From the IMG/VR virus record IMGVR_UViG_3300023440_000002, positions 32,001-96,000 of that record: 64,000 nucleotides of DNA; one strand, given 5' to 3'. The position numbers and the translations under genes were made by a program. The stretch's first letter is position 1, and every line of letters starts with the position of its first letter. This stretch comes from a virus. A model generated the notes under the pieces. That model was not told the DNA's origin, searched no databases, and was given only the letters and a program-made list of their open reading frames with translations. This document shows positions 1 through 10,903 of this stretch, piece by piece.

Positions 1-951
1 CAGGAAGGCTCCACAGAGGATGACTACGCTAGCTATTTTGCAGATCAAGCTAGATCTTACGGTATTGATTTCGCCGAAAATACATCAAAATTCTACGTAC
101 CTTTCGAGTTTGGGTCAACACTAGAAACAATGGCCTACAAATACTTGGGAGATGACAGTAGGTGGATAGAGATTGCGGCAATTAACGCCCTCAAGGCTCC
201 TTATGTTGATGAGGAAGGGGATTACGTAGACTTCCTAGCTTCTGGCGCTGGAAACTCATTCTCGCTCAGCTCAATAACTAATTTATATATCGGCCAGGTG
301 GTTGAGTTGTCATCCGACACTCAAAGACCTGAACCTAGAACTATAATAGCTATCGATCAGGTCAGCGCGGTAGAGTCTATAATCTCAATAAAAGGAGAAG
401 GGGATCTAGCTAAATTCACTACGGCCGATAATGCAAAAATGAGATTTTTCTTACCTAACACAACAAACTCGAATCAATTAATAGCAATCCCATCAAAGGT
501 TGCAGTTAATATCCCTGGTGTGGTAAGGTTAAATCCGGACAAGGAAGATTTAGATTTAATATCCTTAACCGCTAAAGCTGATTTTATGTTGAATTTCAAC
601 AAACTTAATACTGCGGACATAGCTTTCACAGGGGCAGACGTTAAGGTTTCTAGGGGGATGACCAACCTAATTCAGGCCGCGAACGTAAAAATACTAACAC
701 AGAGAGGGGATTTATTGTATGATCCAACATTCGGCAATCCGATAGAGGTCGGATCTAGTACGGCCAATATCGACATCACCGATACCATCAGGCAGCTATC
801 TCAAATGTTCGAACAGGACCCTAGATTCCAAAGTGTGAAGGCGGGTAAGGTTGTCAAAAAAGGTAATGCTATTATCGTTGATTTGATTTTAGGTGTGCAA
901 AACTCGCAAGCTTATTTGCCGTTTTCCGCCGCAATACCGGTTTCGGCCTAG
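1..951 (+). CDS. Baseplate wedge protein, 5'-truncated; LysM/gp53-like segment plus C-terminal gp25/GpW-like domain
   Basis: Frame is open from position 1 (the track starts at the internal Met at 130). 'TLETMAYKYLGDDSRWIEIAAIN' resembles LysM-like baseplate motifs. 'ILTQRGDLLYDPTFG...EQDPRF' matches the gp25-like motif. Upstream of a baseplate-J-like gene. Confidence 0.7.
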   Translation, partial: QEGSTEDDYASYFADQARSYGIDFAENTSKFYVPFEFGSTLETMAYKYLGDDSRWIEIAAINALKAPYVDEEGDYVDFLASGAGNSFSLSSITNLYIGQVVELSSDTQRPEPRTIIAIDQVSAVESIISIKGEGDLAKFTTADNAKMRFFLPNTTNSNQLIAIPSKVAVNIPGVVRLNPDKEDLDLISLTAKADFMLNFNKLNTADIAFTGADVKVSRGMTNLIQAANVKILTQRGDLLYDPTFGNPIEVGSSTANIDITDTIRQLSQMFEQDPRFQSVKAGKVVKKGNAIIVDLILGVQNSQAYLPFSAAIPVSA

Positions 952-953
952 TT

Positions 954-1550
954 ATGCCAATGGATGAAGGTCTTTTGACCAAAAACATATTAAATAACAT
1001 AAGGTTAAACATGAAAACCTTAGACCCTAGAGCTGAACCTCAAAAGTTCCAGGAAGAGCTAGCGGCGGCGGTAGCCAAAGGGTCAATTAACACCCTAAAA
1101 ACACTACAAACTATCGGTGTAGGGAACGTAGCTATTGGCATTAGCGGGGTTGGACTAATAACGGACGGAAACCTAATGGCAATGGTCGCCATTAATGCAA
1201 TGAAGGGATTCACTGGTGGTGGAGGGATAGCTTTGTCGAAAATAATGGAAGCTTTACTTTTACCGATTTCTTTGCATTTATCGGCAAACACAGAAGTGTT
1301 TAGCGTGTCCGGTTTTGGGGGGCAAGGTGCACCTCCTGTAGGTGGAGTACCTTTCGTATTTGAGTCGGCGATATTCTCGGAGCTGTCAATAGAAACTCAA
1401 ACAAACATGAACAAATCTGACCAAGGGAAGTTGTTTATCAAGGCGATATCATTAGGTTTAAGCGCTGGGATCAGTGCGGGCACTCCGGCTTTTATACCTA
1501 TGGGTTCAACCCCTCCACCGCCTGGTCCGCTTATTGGCAACTTCAGATAA
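954..1550 (+). CDS. Hypothetical virion/baseplate-associated protein
   Basis: 198-aa Gly-rich ORF between two baseplate genes; function inferred from context only. Confidence 0.5.
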   Translation: MPMDEGLLTKNILNNIRLNMKTLDPRAEPQKFQEELAAAVAKGSINTLKTLQTIGVGNVAIGISGVGLITDGNLMAMVAINAMKGFTGGGGIALSKIMEALLLPISLHLSANTEVFSVSGFGGQGAPPVGGVPFVFESAIFSELSIETQTNMNKSDQGKLFIKAISLGLSAGISAGTPAFIPMGSTPPPPGPLIGNFR

Positions 1551-1553
1551 AAA

Positions 1554-1562
1554 CCTAATATT
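1554..1562 (+). promoter_or_regulatory. Putative late promoter motif CCTAATATT
   Basis: Same 9-mer lies in intergenic gaps at 12367, 26686, 41458, 42035 and 53195, with variant CCTAATGTT at 58486; mostly upstream of structural/lysis genes. Confidence 0.6.
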
Positions 1563-1595
1563 AATAACACGAAAATAGCTAATTAAGGAAACATA

Positions 1596-4500
1596 ATGGC
1601 TAACCTACCAGAATTAAGATCCAGAGAAAAAATAATTGGCGACCTTATCGATGGCTTCCTAGCTAGAGTTAAGGACGTAAACGACTTAAATAGAGGGTCG
1701 GTCATTAGCCAGTTTTTTCATGCTATTGGTCAATCAAACTTTAAGGCGGCCGCTGATGTCATATCTATGATCGACGCTTTGTCGGTTGATAGGGCAGAAG
1801 GTGAAGCTCTACAAAGATTAGCGGCTGATGCCAACGTAACGATCAGCTCTGGTACTTTTTCAGCTGGACGGGTCAGTATTCAAGATATTAGTTTTGCTAA
1901 GGTTTCTACTAATGTGTTCGCCGGGCAACCCGCTCCAGTGGCAGGATCAACAAAAATGTTTGTTGTTGATGCGTCAAAGATGAACACTAGTGGCGGTAAG
2001 ATTTACATCGGAAGGGGTACCCCTAACGTAGAAGGTCCATTAACTTTCACTACCGTACAGGCAGAAGCGGGTGGCGCATACTGGTCTATCACCTTAGATG
2101 TCGCAAGCCCTACAACTAAATTCCATAATATCGGTGAAGAGATTGTGGTTTCTCAAGGCCAAAACCGCAAAATCAACTCAGGTACGGTAGTTAAAACTCC
2201 GTCAGGTTCAGGTGTAAGTTCTGTTAATTTCAAAACAGTTTCGCCGGCAACTATCGCCGACGGGGAAACAAAAGTAGACGATGTGCCTGTTGTGGCTGAA
2301 GTTTTAGGAACAAAAGGTAATGTTCCTAGGGGTGCTATCCGCGAAGCTATAGGTTTGTCATTTTCAGCTATCGTATTTAACGACAACGCATTCGTAACCG
2401 GAACACCTCCGGACGACGAAACGACTATCAGAGATAAAATAAAGAGCGCTGAGCAAGCTAAATCAAAAGGTACTGAGCAGGCCATCAAAGCTTCTGCTAT
2501 TGGTGTCTCATCAACTGACGACCTTAAAAAGGTTATATCTTCTAGTGTATTAAGAAAAGCTGACTCTTCGTCGGCTTTGATTTTCGATGACGGATCAGGG
2601 TACGAACCTATCTTTTCTGGGATAGGATTAGAACAGATTATAGATGACGCCTTAGGCGGTGAAAGAGAACTTCAATTAAGACAGAGACCTGTAGCTGAAG
2701 CTCGAGTTAAGTCAATAGAGCTTGCCCCATTTAGAATACCAGAAAACTATGCCCTTTCGGTTGACGTGCAAGGTGTAACAACTACGCACACTTTCGTAGC
2801 CGGAGATTTCAGAGTAAAAGAGTCGGCTACAGCATTCGAAACAATTGCATCCATCAATGGTAATCCGAACATTAACTTTAATGCCGCAACATCAGATAGC
2901 GCAAGTAAAATAGTACTTTACCCTAGAGATCCATCTAAAAACGATATAACAGTTAAAAGACTTTCATCTAATGACGCTAACGACTTCTTAGGCTTACAAA
3001 CAACCACCCAATACACCTTACTGCTTTACAAGAACGATAAGATATTATTCCAAGATGGGCTTCCGGCTAACGTAACAACTCGACTTAAATCGGCATGGTC
3101 TACGTCAATCACTGAAGGCGACACTCTTGTTTTTTCAGTAGATGGAACACCTCCTTTAGAAGTTGCATTCACAAAAGAGATATTTCAAGAATTCGACCTT
3201 TCAGCTACCGTAAATGCTTTTACTGATATTGAAATCTGGGTTAAGGTTTTTAATCGACTTATGTCTGGAGTGGTAACCACTTCAAGCGGCGAAGAAATTG
3301 TAATGACTTCAGCTAGAGGAAAGAATAACTCAGCTGCGGTGCAAATCATCGGAGGCACATTAAAAGACAAGATCTTCGAGACCGGTATTGCTATTGAAGC
3401 TTTCGGTAGAGAATCAGACTACACCCTCAACAGACAAACAGGACAAATAGGTCTATCAGTTGGATTAAGTTCGGGTGACAAAGTGACGGCCGGGTCTTCT
3501 TTCACTAGAGCTAATATTACAACCACTCAACTTCCGGACGGGACAAGTTCCGCAGGTAACATATGGATGGTCGTTGATGGTGGAGTAAAGTATATTCCAT
3601 CAGGGTTGGAAGGCAACACCCTAACAACATTCTCTAAATCTGGATCTAAAATAACAATTGAATCAACAAACCCCAACCTAGACCCTGTAGCTTATGATGG
3701 AGTTTCCGTAGGTGACTGGGTGGTTGTGTGGCCAGAACAAACAGACTTAGCAAACTTCCCTTCTTTGTTTTCGTTCCAAGGTTTTTGGAGAGTAGAAAGC
3801 GTAGAAAGAGGGAAAATCGTAGTAGATGACGGCAATACCGTACGTAGTGTGCCAGGAACAGAAACGATCCCGACCGACCGCATAACTATACTTCAATCTA
3901 AAGCTCCGGTCCAAAAACTGAGTTTCGGAGTTAATCCGCTATCTGGGTTCGTACAAGAAATCGAAGATAATATTGAAGGTGTCACAGCTGATGTTATTGG
4001 ATCTACAATCAGAATATCTACCATATCCGCTGGATCTAATGGGGAACTAACCATAGTTGCCGCAGACTCAGAAGGTAAAGCTATCGGCATCGCAGTAAAC
4101 GAAATAGAGTCAAATATTCCATCACAAAAAGGGTTTGTGGTAACAGAAGACTCAGAAGTCGGGATGCCAAGCTTTACTTATTCAGAATTAGGAAGCTACA
4201 TCTCTGACACTCAATTCTCCGAACCTAAGTATGATGAGATAGGTGGAACTACAGATGATTTCGTAGAGATCCTTAATAGATACGACATAACATCAAACCC
4301 AGAACAACTAAGGGAGTTGTTAGATCCTAACAAGTCACGTAGGATGTTTGTAAGAAAATATGATCCAACAACCGACATACTGGAAATGCAAACAAAAGAG
4401 TTCAGTAAGGATGACTCTTCAGTACTAAAAGAGCTGGACAGGTATTTCCTTAGAACTTCTTATCAGTTCGACTCTACAGATACGGCTACGGCTATCGTTG

Positions 4501-7500
4501 ATGGCGACGTAACAACAAAAATATTCGGATTACCTGTAGCAAGAAAAGTTACTGTTAATAATCACTCAAGCCCTTCACTTAACGACTTTAGCGCCGACGA
4601 TGGAGAAAGCTCGCTAGAACTAAAAGACACGTCGTCTTTTTCTGGGTTTAACTTTAATGACTGGAAAGCTTGGCGGCAATCATCTGCCCTGCTTACTGAT
4701 GGCAGCACTTACAGCGTAAGAATAAAATCAGCCGATTACGGCCCGGCCGGTGACACTATAAGATCTGGTTTTGTTTACCCTACAAGTCTAGATCAAGATT
4801 CGCTAGATTTAATCATTAATAACGCAGAGATGATTGATGTTGGTGTTGTTTTACCTGTAACAACGGCTAGGGTACCTAATTGGGACGGAACTAGCTCATT
4901 CACTACGGACGTAACTCCTCTATCTTTAAGTAGAGATAAGGTAACATATCAATGGAGAGTGGGCGTTGAACCTAATTTTTTATCAGGAGGTGGAGGTGCC
5001 TCTTTAGTTGTTGGTGATGTAGCTATAATAAGCAAATCTTCTGACTTCTTAAAAGAAAACAAAGAGATAGAGGCTAAAGTTACAGATATATCTACTAACT
5101 CTTTCTCTATAGAGATTCCTTCTGGTATTAGCATTTCAGATAACATCAGTATAGATCAATCACAAAACATCGGCGGACTATATTCTATTACGACATCCAC
5201 CCCCCACCTTGTAAATCAAGGTGACCGTGTAGGTGTGTGGGATACTCAATTAATTGATGGAGTTAACGCTCCCATAGATGGTTCGTATTTTGCTACTGTT
5301 GTAAGCCCAAACACGTTCACCGTCAATCTTCCACCTTCCGTCCCTGGCGGTGAAATATTATCAGCCATTCACTCTGCAAATATTGTTGTTTGTACTTCAA
5401 GCCTACCTCATGGGTTAAGCGAAGGGAACGTTATAATTGTCGGAGGTTTTAGCACAGGAAACTATAACGGACTATCAATTATTCAGAGTGTATTATCACC
5501 TACCCAATTTTCTTATGTTAGAGATGGATCATCATCTAGCGTGATAAATGGAAGATTTGATTATCAGTCTTACGGGTCTGGCGTTTCCATATCGGCATTA
5601 ACTTTAAATCTCGTATCTGGCGTGGTAACAGTGGTATCTTCCGCAACTCACGGATTAATACAAGGTGATATTGTCAGCATAGATAGCTCATCTGTAGTGG
5701 CTTATAATTCTAGCGTAACATATGCAGTTGGTGATGTTGTATCATTTTCAGGTAACAATTACGAATCATTAGTTTCCAGCAACACAGGTAATACACCAAA
5801 CATATCACCATCAGATTGGAGCGTATCATCTATAGATTTAAACGGTATATATATTGTTTCTGTTGTAGACTCTACAACTCAGTTTAAATACAGCCACTAC
5901 CATACAGTAGGATCAATATCGTCTACGGGAGGGTCAATATCCAACCAAGCACCAAAAGGTAGACTAGCTCGATCTGTAGGTGACTCGGCCGCAGCATTAG
6001 CTTTTGCAGAAGTTGGGACTACATCTCAGGAGGTGGTAGATTACATAACAGAAAATAAATCAGATTTACTACAAGCTTCTATTGAGTTGCCATACGACGG
6101 GACAGAAATTATAAACACATCAACCAAAGAAAAAAACCTAAGTCCGGGTTTTCATTTTGGTATAGCCGTATCACTAACAACCATTAAAGCTTCCAGGAAA
6201 ATAACACTAAATGTTAATTCCTTTGTAGAGAGTGGTTCAACAGTATCATTAAAATCAACAAATGCACCTCAATATGACGGAACTTATTCTGTTTTTTCAC
6301 AAAAACAAGATGGAGCTGAGTATAAATTAACACTACAGTCCAATATATTATCACCAATAACGTCTACAACTATTTTAGTGTCAGGCACATACCAAGGGGT
6401 AACTGATTATGTTGCTTTACGTGATGGGGAAAACTCTATAAACATTACGGATCTTGATTCATCGGCCACCTTCCCTCAGTTCCAGCTCAAAAAAGACTGG
6501 TCTTTGATACCTACAGTAGGAGAAGAAATAAGGCTAGTTGCGACAAACACAAAACAACTTAACGAATTCTGGAACCGACTAGTGGTTACCGGCATTAGCA
6601 ATGTAGCAGAGGTGGAAAACTCAGAGTACGGAAGGCAGCTTCAAATAACTACCAATCAGTTCGGGTCGGAAGGTTCAATTCAGTTCACTGGAGGTACAGC
6701 GAATAATTCGAGCGTTGCTATTGTGGGTTCAGGTTCGGAACTAGCAGGTAAAGTAGGGGTATTTAAAATACCTTACGAGCTAAGGCGAGGTTTAAGCAGG
6801 AAGTCTTGGGTCAAGATGGAACAAACTGTCAGACTTAACAAGATTCTCGGGTTTGAAGGAAGCACAACACTTAACGTCTATTCTACTGGATTAGAAATAA
6901 CTGGCGGAACAGATGGGTCATTTCAAACAAAAAGAGCCACAAGTCACGACGAAACATCTATCTTTAAAGTGGAAAAGCACGGTAAGTTCACAGCATTCAT
7001 CAACATAGGAGGTCAGAACATAGGTCTTGATGTTGGAGGTGTTAAGGAAGGTGATTGGGTTCGAACAACTAATACGTCAGCCTTAGCTTATGATGTGCTG
7101 CAAGATTATGCGGCAGGTGATAGAGTTCTGTTTGCAGGGCTAAACTGGACAGCTGTTAGAGTGAATGGGGTATCATCTACCACGGTAAACCCAATACCTA
7201 GCGATATTTGGGACATAGATACAGATTATGCACAAAATTCCACTGTTACGTACAAAGGAAAGGCTTACATTCAATCATCCGCAACAGTAACTGTCGGCCA
7301 ATACCCTGACAGTGCAGCTTCTAACTGGAACCTGATTTGGGAAGTGCGTGAGTGGCAGGGTGGTAACACTGGAATATATAAAGTGGTTCGTGTTTTCGGT
7401 TCTGATTCATTTTGGGTAGAGAATGATAATTCCATTGAAGGTATGATCACTTTAGGTGATATTAATAACTTAACGTTCTATAGTCACGACTCGGTAATGC

Positions 7501-8291
7501 CTAATGATGTTTTGGTTATATCTGGCAATAAGCTAGGAACAGCCAACGCAGGTCGTTATGTTGTTAGGGATGAAACGTTCGGGTCGGCTTATCTTTTTCC
7601 TACAAGTACGAGAATATTCACCGATCCTATCCCAGTAGCTACCGGATCTGTCGCTTTAGGTGATTCAGTTAATCAGGTGAACGTCGAAGAGCAAAACCCT
7701 GTCCGGATATGGAAGCGCATATTAGCTGTAGGTCCAGCTGAAACAGGTTTAGCTAACATAATAGTGGACTCTCCAAACCTACTTAATCGATTCTCCTCCT
7801 CAAATGCGGCATTCATTGAAGCTCAAGGTAAAATTGGATACGATACGGTACCGGCTTTCGGTATTGATGCCTATAAGAGTTTCGGTGGTCTGATTAAAGC
7901 CCTCAATCGGGTCATATATGGCGACCCTACGTCTCCCGCAGAGTTTCCTGGAACAAGAGCTGCCGGAACAGACATCGGCATCAGAGAGGCTATTATCAAG
8001 CGAATTAAGGTATCTCTAGGTGTTAGGGTTAGGACTGGCATTTCCTTCTCTGATATTCGAGAGTCTATCAAGGCGGCAGTTGCTGGGTATGTCAACAACC
8101 TAGGCGTAGGCGAACAAGTGGCTATGTCAAAAATATTAGAAGCAGCTTCGAAGGTTGGGGGTGTCGCTTCAGTGGTGATAACTTCGCCAGACTATAACGT
8201 CAGCGCTGATCAGATAGCGGTAGGAGCACAAGAAAGAGCCCAAATCATAGATCCATCATTCGATGTAACTATTTCTATACTTGGATCTTAA
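1596..8291 (+). CDS. Giant baseplate J/gp6-like wedge protein with large internal insertion
   Basis: N-terminal 'DRAEGEALQRLA', 'GTKGNVPRGAI', 'DDETTIRDKI..A..SKGTEQAI' and C-terminal 'IKAAVAGYVNNLGVGEQVAMSKI' are baseplate-J-like. The interior is beta-rich, with CBM5/12-like motifs (YAVGDVVSFSGNNY; YAAGDRVLFAGLNW). Confidence 0.8.
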   Translation: MANLPELRSREKIIGDLIDGFLARVKDVNDLNRGSVISQFFHAIGQSNFKAAADVISMIDALSVDRAEGEALQRLAADANVTISSGTFSAGRVSIQDISFAKVSTNVFAGQPAPVAGSTKMFVVDASKMNTSGGKIYIGRGTPNVEGPLTFTTVQAEAGGAYWSITLDVASPTTKFHNIGEEIVVSQGQNRKINSGTVVKTPSGSGVSSVNFKTVSPATIADGETKVDDVPVVAEVLGTKGNVPRGAIREAIGLSFSAIVFNDNAFVTGTPPDDETTIRDKIKSAEQAKSKGTEQAIKASAIGVSSTDDLKKVISSSVLRKADSSSALIFDDGSGYEPIFSGIGLEQIIDDALGGERELQLRQRPVAEARVKSIELAPFRIPENYALSVDVQGVTTTHTFVAGDFRVKESATAFETIASINGNPNINFNAATSDSASKIVLYPRDPSKNDITVKRLSSNDANDFLGLQTTTQYTLLLYKNDKILFQDGLPANVTTRLKSAWSTSITEGDTLVFSVDGTPPLEVAFTKEIFQEFDLSATVNAFTDIEIWVKVFNRLMSGVVTTSSGEEIVMTSARGKNNSAAVQIIGGTLKDKIFETGIAIEAFGRESDYTLNRQTGQIGLSVGLSSGDKVTAGSSFTRANITTTQLPDGTSSAGNIWMVVDGGVKYIPSGLEGNTLTTFSKSGSKITIESTNPNLDPVAYDGVSVGDWVVVWPEQTDLANFPSLFSFQGFWRVESVERGKIVVDDGNTVRSVPGTETIPTDRITILQSKAPVQKLSFGVNPLSGFVQEIEDNIEGVTADVIGSTIRISTISAGSNGELTIVAADSEGKAIGIAVNEIESNIPSQKGFVVTEDSEVGMPSFTYSELGSYISDTQFSEPKYDEIGGTTDDFVEILNRYDITSNPEQLRELLDPNKSRRMFVRKYDPTTDILEMQTKEFSKDDSSVLKELDRYFLRTSYQFDSTDTATAIVDGDVTTKIFGLPVARKVTVNNHSSPSLNDFSADDGESSLELKDTSSFSGFNFNDWKAWRQSSALLTDGSTYSVRIKSADYGPAGDTIRSGFVYPTSLDQDSLDLIINNAEMIDVGVVLPVTTARVPNWDGTSSFTTDVTPLSLSRDKVTYQWRVGVEPNFLSGGGGASLVVGDVAIISKSSDFLKENKEIEAKVTDISTNSFSIEIPSGISISDNISIDQSQNIGGLYSITTSTPHLVNQGDRVGVWDTQLIDGVNAPIDGSYFATVVSPNTFTVNLPPSVPGGEILSAIHSANIVVCTSSLPHGLSEGNVIIVGGFSTGNYNGLSIIQSVLSPTQFSYVRDGSSSSVINGRFDYQSYGSGVSISALTLNLVSGVVTVVSSATHGLIQGDIVSIDSSSVVAYNSSVTYAVGDVVSFSGNNYESLVSSNTGNTPNISPSDWSVSSIDLNGIYIVSVVDSTTQFKYSHYHTVGSISSTGGSISNQAPKGRLARSVGDSAAALAFAEVGTTSQEVVDYITENKSDLLQASIELPYDGTEIINTSTKEKNLSPGFHFGIAVSLTTIKASRKITLNVNSFVESGSTVSLKSTNAPQYDGTYSVFSQKQDGAEYKLTLQSNILSPITSTTILVSGTYQGVTDYVALRDGENSINITDLDSSATFPQFQLKKDWSLIPTVGEEIRLVATNTKQLNEFWNRLVVTGISNVAEVENSEYGRQLQITTNQFGSEGSIQFTGGTANNSSVAIVGSGSELAGKVGVFKIPYELRRGLSRKSWVKMEQTVRLNKILGFEGSTTLNVYSTGLEITGGTDGSFQTKRATSHDETSIFKVEKHGKFTAFINIGGQNIGLDVGGVKEGDWVRTTNTSALAYDVLQDYAAGDRVLFAGLNWTAVRVNGVSSTTVNPIPSDIWDIDTDYAQNSTVTYKGKAYIQSSATVTVGQYPDSAASNWNLIWEVREWQGGNTGIYKVVRVFGSDSFWVENDNSIEGMITLGDINNLTFYSHDSVMPNDVLVISGNKLGTANAGRYVVRDETFGSAYLFPTSTRIFTDPIPVATGSVALGDSVNQVNVEEQNPVRIWKRILAVGPAETGLANIIVDSPNLLNRFSSSNAAFIEAQGKIGYDTVPAFGIDAYKSFGGLIKALNRVIYGDPTSPAEFPGTRAAGTDIGIREAIIKRIKVSLGVRVRTGISFSDIRESIKAAVAGYVNNLGVGEQVAMSKILEAASKVGGVASVVITSPDYNVSADQIAVGAQERAQIIDPSFDVTISILGS

Positions 8292-8345
8292 AGCATGGTA
8301 TGCTTTACAGGGATAAATAAACTTAACTAAAAGGATAAAGGGAAA

Positions 8346-8774
8346 ATGGCAAAATCTAAAGAAGAAAAGGAAGCTATCAAGGCGGCCAAGAAAGCAACAA
8401 AAGCAAAGAAAGAGCTTGAAATAGGGCACAGTGATGGAGCTAGTATTAAGAAGGAAACAGAAGAAGAAACCCCAGTGGTAGAAGAAGAAACCCCAGTGGT
8501 AGAAGAAGAAACCCCAGTGGTAGAAGAAGAAACCCCAGCTGAAAAAATAAGGTCGGGAATCAGAAAAAAAGAGACCCTTAAGATTGGAGATCACGTACTT
8601 ACTTCTGTAGAGGACGATAAGTGTCGGGGGGCGGTAGAGCTTTTTCTTCACACTAAAGGTAAGAAATTTAGAGGTCATACCTTAACTCAGGAAAAATTAG
8701 ACATTCTTATGAGTGATGGAGATTTCCTTAAGAAGCTCGGATACCTAAGACAGCACGTTAAGCCGAGAAAATAA
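8346..8774 (+). CDS. Hypothetical protein with Lys-rich N-terminus and EEETPVV repeats
   Basis: 142-aa ORF with SD-like AAGGGA upstream, followed by a hairpin. Confidence 0.7.
   Translation: MAKSKEEKEAIKAAKKATKAKKELEIGHSDGASIKKETEEETPVVEEETPVVEEETPVVEEETPAEKIRSGIRKKETLKIGDHVLTSVEDDKCRGAVELFLHTKGKKFRGHTLTQEKLDILMSDGDFLKKLGYLRQHVKPRK
8460..8538 (+). repeat. 21-bp tandem repeat (GAAGAAGAAACCCCAGTGGTA x3 plus a partial copy)
   Basis: Directly visible; encodes EEETPVV. Confidence 0.95.
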
Positions 8775-8794
8775 AATCAACAATTAAGTCAGTA

Positions 8795-8833
8795 ATTACA
8801 ATGCCTAGGGGTTAAATTCCTAGGCATTGTAAT
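8795..8833. terminator. 15-bp perfect inverted repeat, probable terminator
   Basis: ATTACAATGCCTAGG / CCTAGGCATTGTAAT, between the end of the structural operon and a sigma-28-type promoter. No long U-tract. Confidence 0.6.
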
Positions 8834-8841
8834 ATTTAAGC

Positions 8842-8868
8842 TAAAGTTATCCGCTATTCAGCCGATAA
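8842..8868 (+). promoter_or_regulatory. Sigma-28 (FliA)-type promoter
   Basis: TAAAGTTA-N11-GCCGATAA versus the established consensus TAAAGTTT-N11-GCCGATAA. Confidence 0.85.
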
Positions 8869-9193
8869 GTAATATGTAACAAGGAAACACTAACAACAAA
8901 AAGGGCGAAATATGACACACAAAATAGTAAAGCTAGAGTCTGTTTTTGTAAAGTTTCCTGATAGGTGCGCTAAAGCTTGGGCTAAAGGTCGAAGATTGAC
9001 AGCTAAAGACATCGAAGAGGAGTTACTTAAGATATCTGAAGAGATAGCTAGGACTGCAAAAAAATGCCGACGTTAAGCTTTTTTTTATGCCTATCTTGTG
9101 ATTATCGGTGGGTAAAAGATTGTGGGTATTCCGGGAAGTGTGATCTTTGCGGTAATTTGTACGTTAAATGGACAAACTATAAAGGTGGTATTT

Positions 9194-9880
9194 ATGACTG
9201 CAACAGAAAAGAAGTCAATAATCAAAAAAATACAGAAGCTTCTAAGTCTAGCAGGATCAGAAAACGAAAACGAAGCAGAGCTAGCCGCCGCCGCAGCAAG
9301 TAAAATGATAACCCAACATAACCTGTCAACTCAAGAAGTTGAAATGGATCAATCATACGAAAACGCCGAAGTGGTAGAAAAAAATAGATTATCCCAAGAA
9401 GATAAGTGGGTTTTGCCGATCATCAAAGCTTTTTTCTTTGTTAGTCCTATGATTTGCAGTAGGGTTGCAGGGTATAACAACAAAACTGGTAATGTTCGCA
9501 GGACTCATACTATTAAGTTTGTTGGTGAAGAGGTTAATGTTGCCGTAGCTAAAGAACTATATATCTTTTTGGTTCGAGAGTACAAGATTTTATTTACCAG
9601 TTATAGGATTAAAACTGGATGTAAACTAAGCAGTAGAGATTCCTATTATGACGGATTGACTTTCGGATTAACTAAAAAACTAAAAGAAGTAAGATCAGCA
9701 ACTGAAAGTGAAACAGGACTAGTTGTTTTGGAAGACCCTAAATTAAAAGACTTTGTTAAAGAACTTTACCCAACAGCAAAAAAAACAACCAGAAAAGCTA
9801 ACTTGAATGACCGTAAAGCCCAAAGTCAAGGGGTGACGGATGGAAAAACTATCAACTTAAATAAAAACATTAACAGTTGA
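9194..9880 (+). CDS. DUF2786-like domain protein
   Basis: 'IIKKIQKLLSLAGSENENEAELAAAAASKMITQHNL' fits the DUF2786 pattern. The Met at 9194 is the likely start. Confidence 0.75.
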   Translation: MTATEKKSIIKKIQKLLSLAGSENENEAELAAAAASKMITQHNLSTQEVEMDQSYENAEVVEKNRLSQEDKWVLPIIKAFFFVSPMICSRVAGYNNKTGNVRRTHTIKFVGEEVNVAVAKELYIFLVREYKILFTSYRIKTGCKLSSRDSYYDGLTFGLTKKLKEVRSATESETGLVVLEDPKLKDFVKELYPTAKKTTRKANLNDRKAQSQGVTDGKTINLNKNINS

Positions 9881-10060
9881 CACCTAACTAAAAGAAAGGG
9901 TAGTGTTATGGGCGAGATAATTAAACTTTTTAAAGATAAAAAGATCTCACACACAAAAAACAGTGAATTTAAAGACAAGGTGGAGAAAATTAAAGCTTCA
10001 TTACAAAGAATTCAAAAATTAATGGAAGTTCTGCGGGAACACCAAAAAAAGGAAACCTAA

Positions 10061-10714
10061 ATGAAAAACACCAAAAAGAAGATTTTTTTCTATTCCGACC
10101 CTCATTATGGGCACGATAACGTAATCGGTTTCTGCAAAAACAGAAAATACAACACAATCGAAGAAATGAATGAGGATTACATTAAAAAATACAACCAAAT
10201 GGTACCTGAAGATGGGGTTGTGTTTTGGTTAGGCGATTGTTTTTTTAAGACAAGTAAGGACAACGCAAAAAACATAATGGATCAGCTTAACGGAACTAAG
10301 GTTTTGATTAGGGGGAATCACGATTGGGGTGTTAATGCTATGTATAAATTGGGTTTTTCTGCGGTGGTAGAATACGCTGAAATGTATATTTCTGGTTTGC
10401 CCGTAAAATTAAAGCATTTTCCTAGCAAGTATACTTCCAGCAAGATCAAAAACTGGCTTAAGTTTAATAAGTTGACTAGGTGGCTATCAAGGGTTTTGCC
10501 TGTCAAGCCTATCTATATTCCTAGGTATTTCAATAGGTTTCCAGAGCAGGACGGGAAATGGTTACTTCATGGTCACACCCACTCTACGGATAAGGTCGAT
10601 TACAAACACAAAATGATTCATGTGGGCGTCGATGCTTGGGGCGGACGTCCCGTACCTTTTAGTAGTATAGAGTCAATCATAAACAGAACAATAACACAAA
10701 AAAAGAAAGATTAA
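10061..10714 (+). CDS. Calcineurin-like metallophosphoesterase
   Basis: SDPHYGH, LGD, GNHD, HGHTH and VGVD motifs. Confidence 0.9.
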   Translation: MKNTKKKIFFYSDPHYGHDNVIGFCKNRKYNTIEEMNEDYIKKYNQMVPEDGVVFWLGDCFFKTSKDNAKNIMDQLNGTKVLIRGNHDWGVNAMYKLGFSAVVEYAEMYISGLPVKLKHFPSKYTSSKIKNWLKFNKLTRWLSRVLPVKPIYIPRYFNRFPEQDGKWLLHGHTHSTDKVDYKHKMIHVGVDAWGGRPVPFSSIESIINRTITQKKKD

Positions 10715-10840
10715 AGCACACTCAAGGTTTCAAAGGCTTAACGGTAGGTTTAACTACGACAGAAGCCCCTCTTCGAGTTGATGGGTGTATTATTTTCATA
10801 GTTGAGTCCTAAAAAAAAGTGGTTATTTATTATATTAGGC

Positions 10841-10867
10841 TAAAGTTTTTCATCAAACGACCGATAA
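10841..10867 (+). promoter_or_regulatory. Sigma-28-type promoter upstream of the DUF6745-like gene
   Basis: TAAAGTTT-N11-ACCGATAA. Confidence 0.85.
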
Positions 10868-10903
10868 GGTTAATAACAATAACGCTTCAAAGGAGATAGC
10901 GAG

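Noticed and set aside
8256-8678. Minus-strand ORF with GFFFYHW repeats
   Set aside because: Antisense shadow of the EEETPVV repeat gene.
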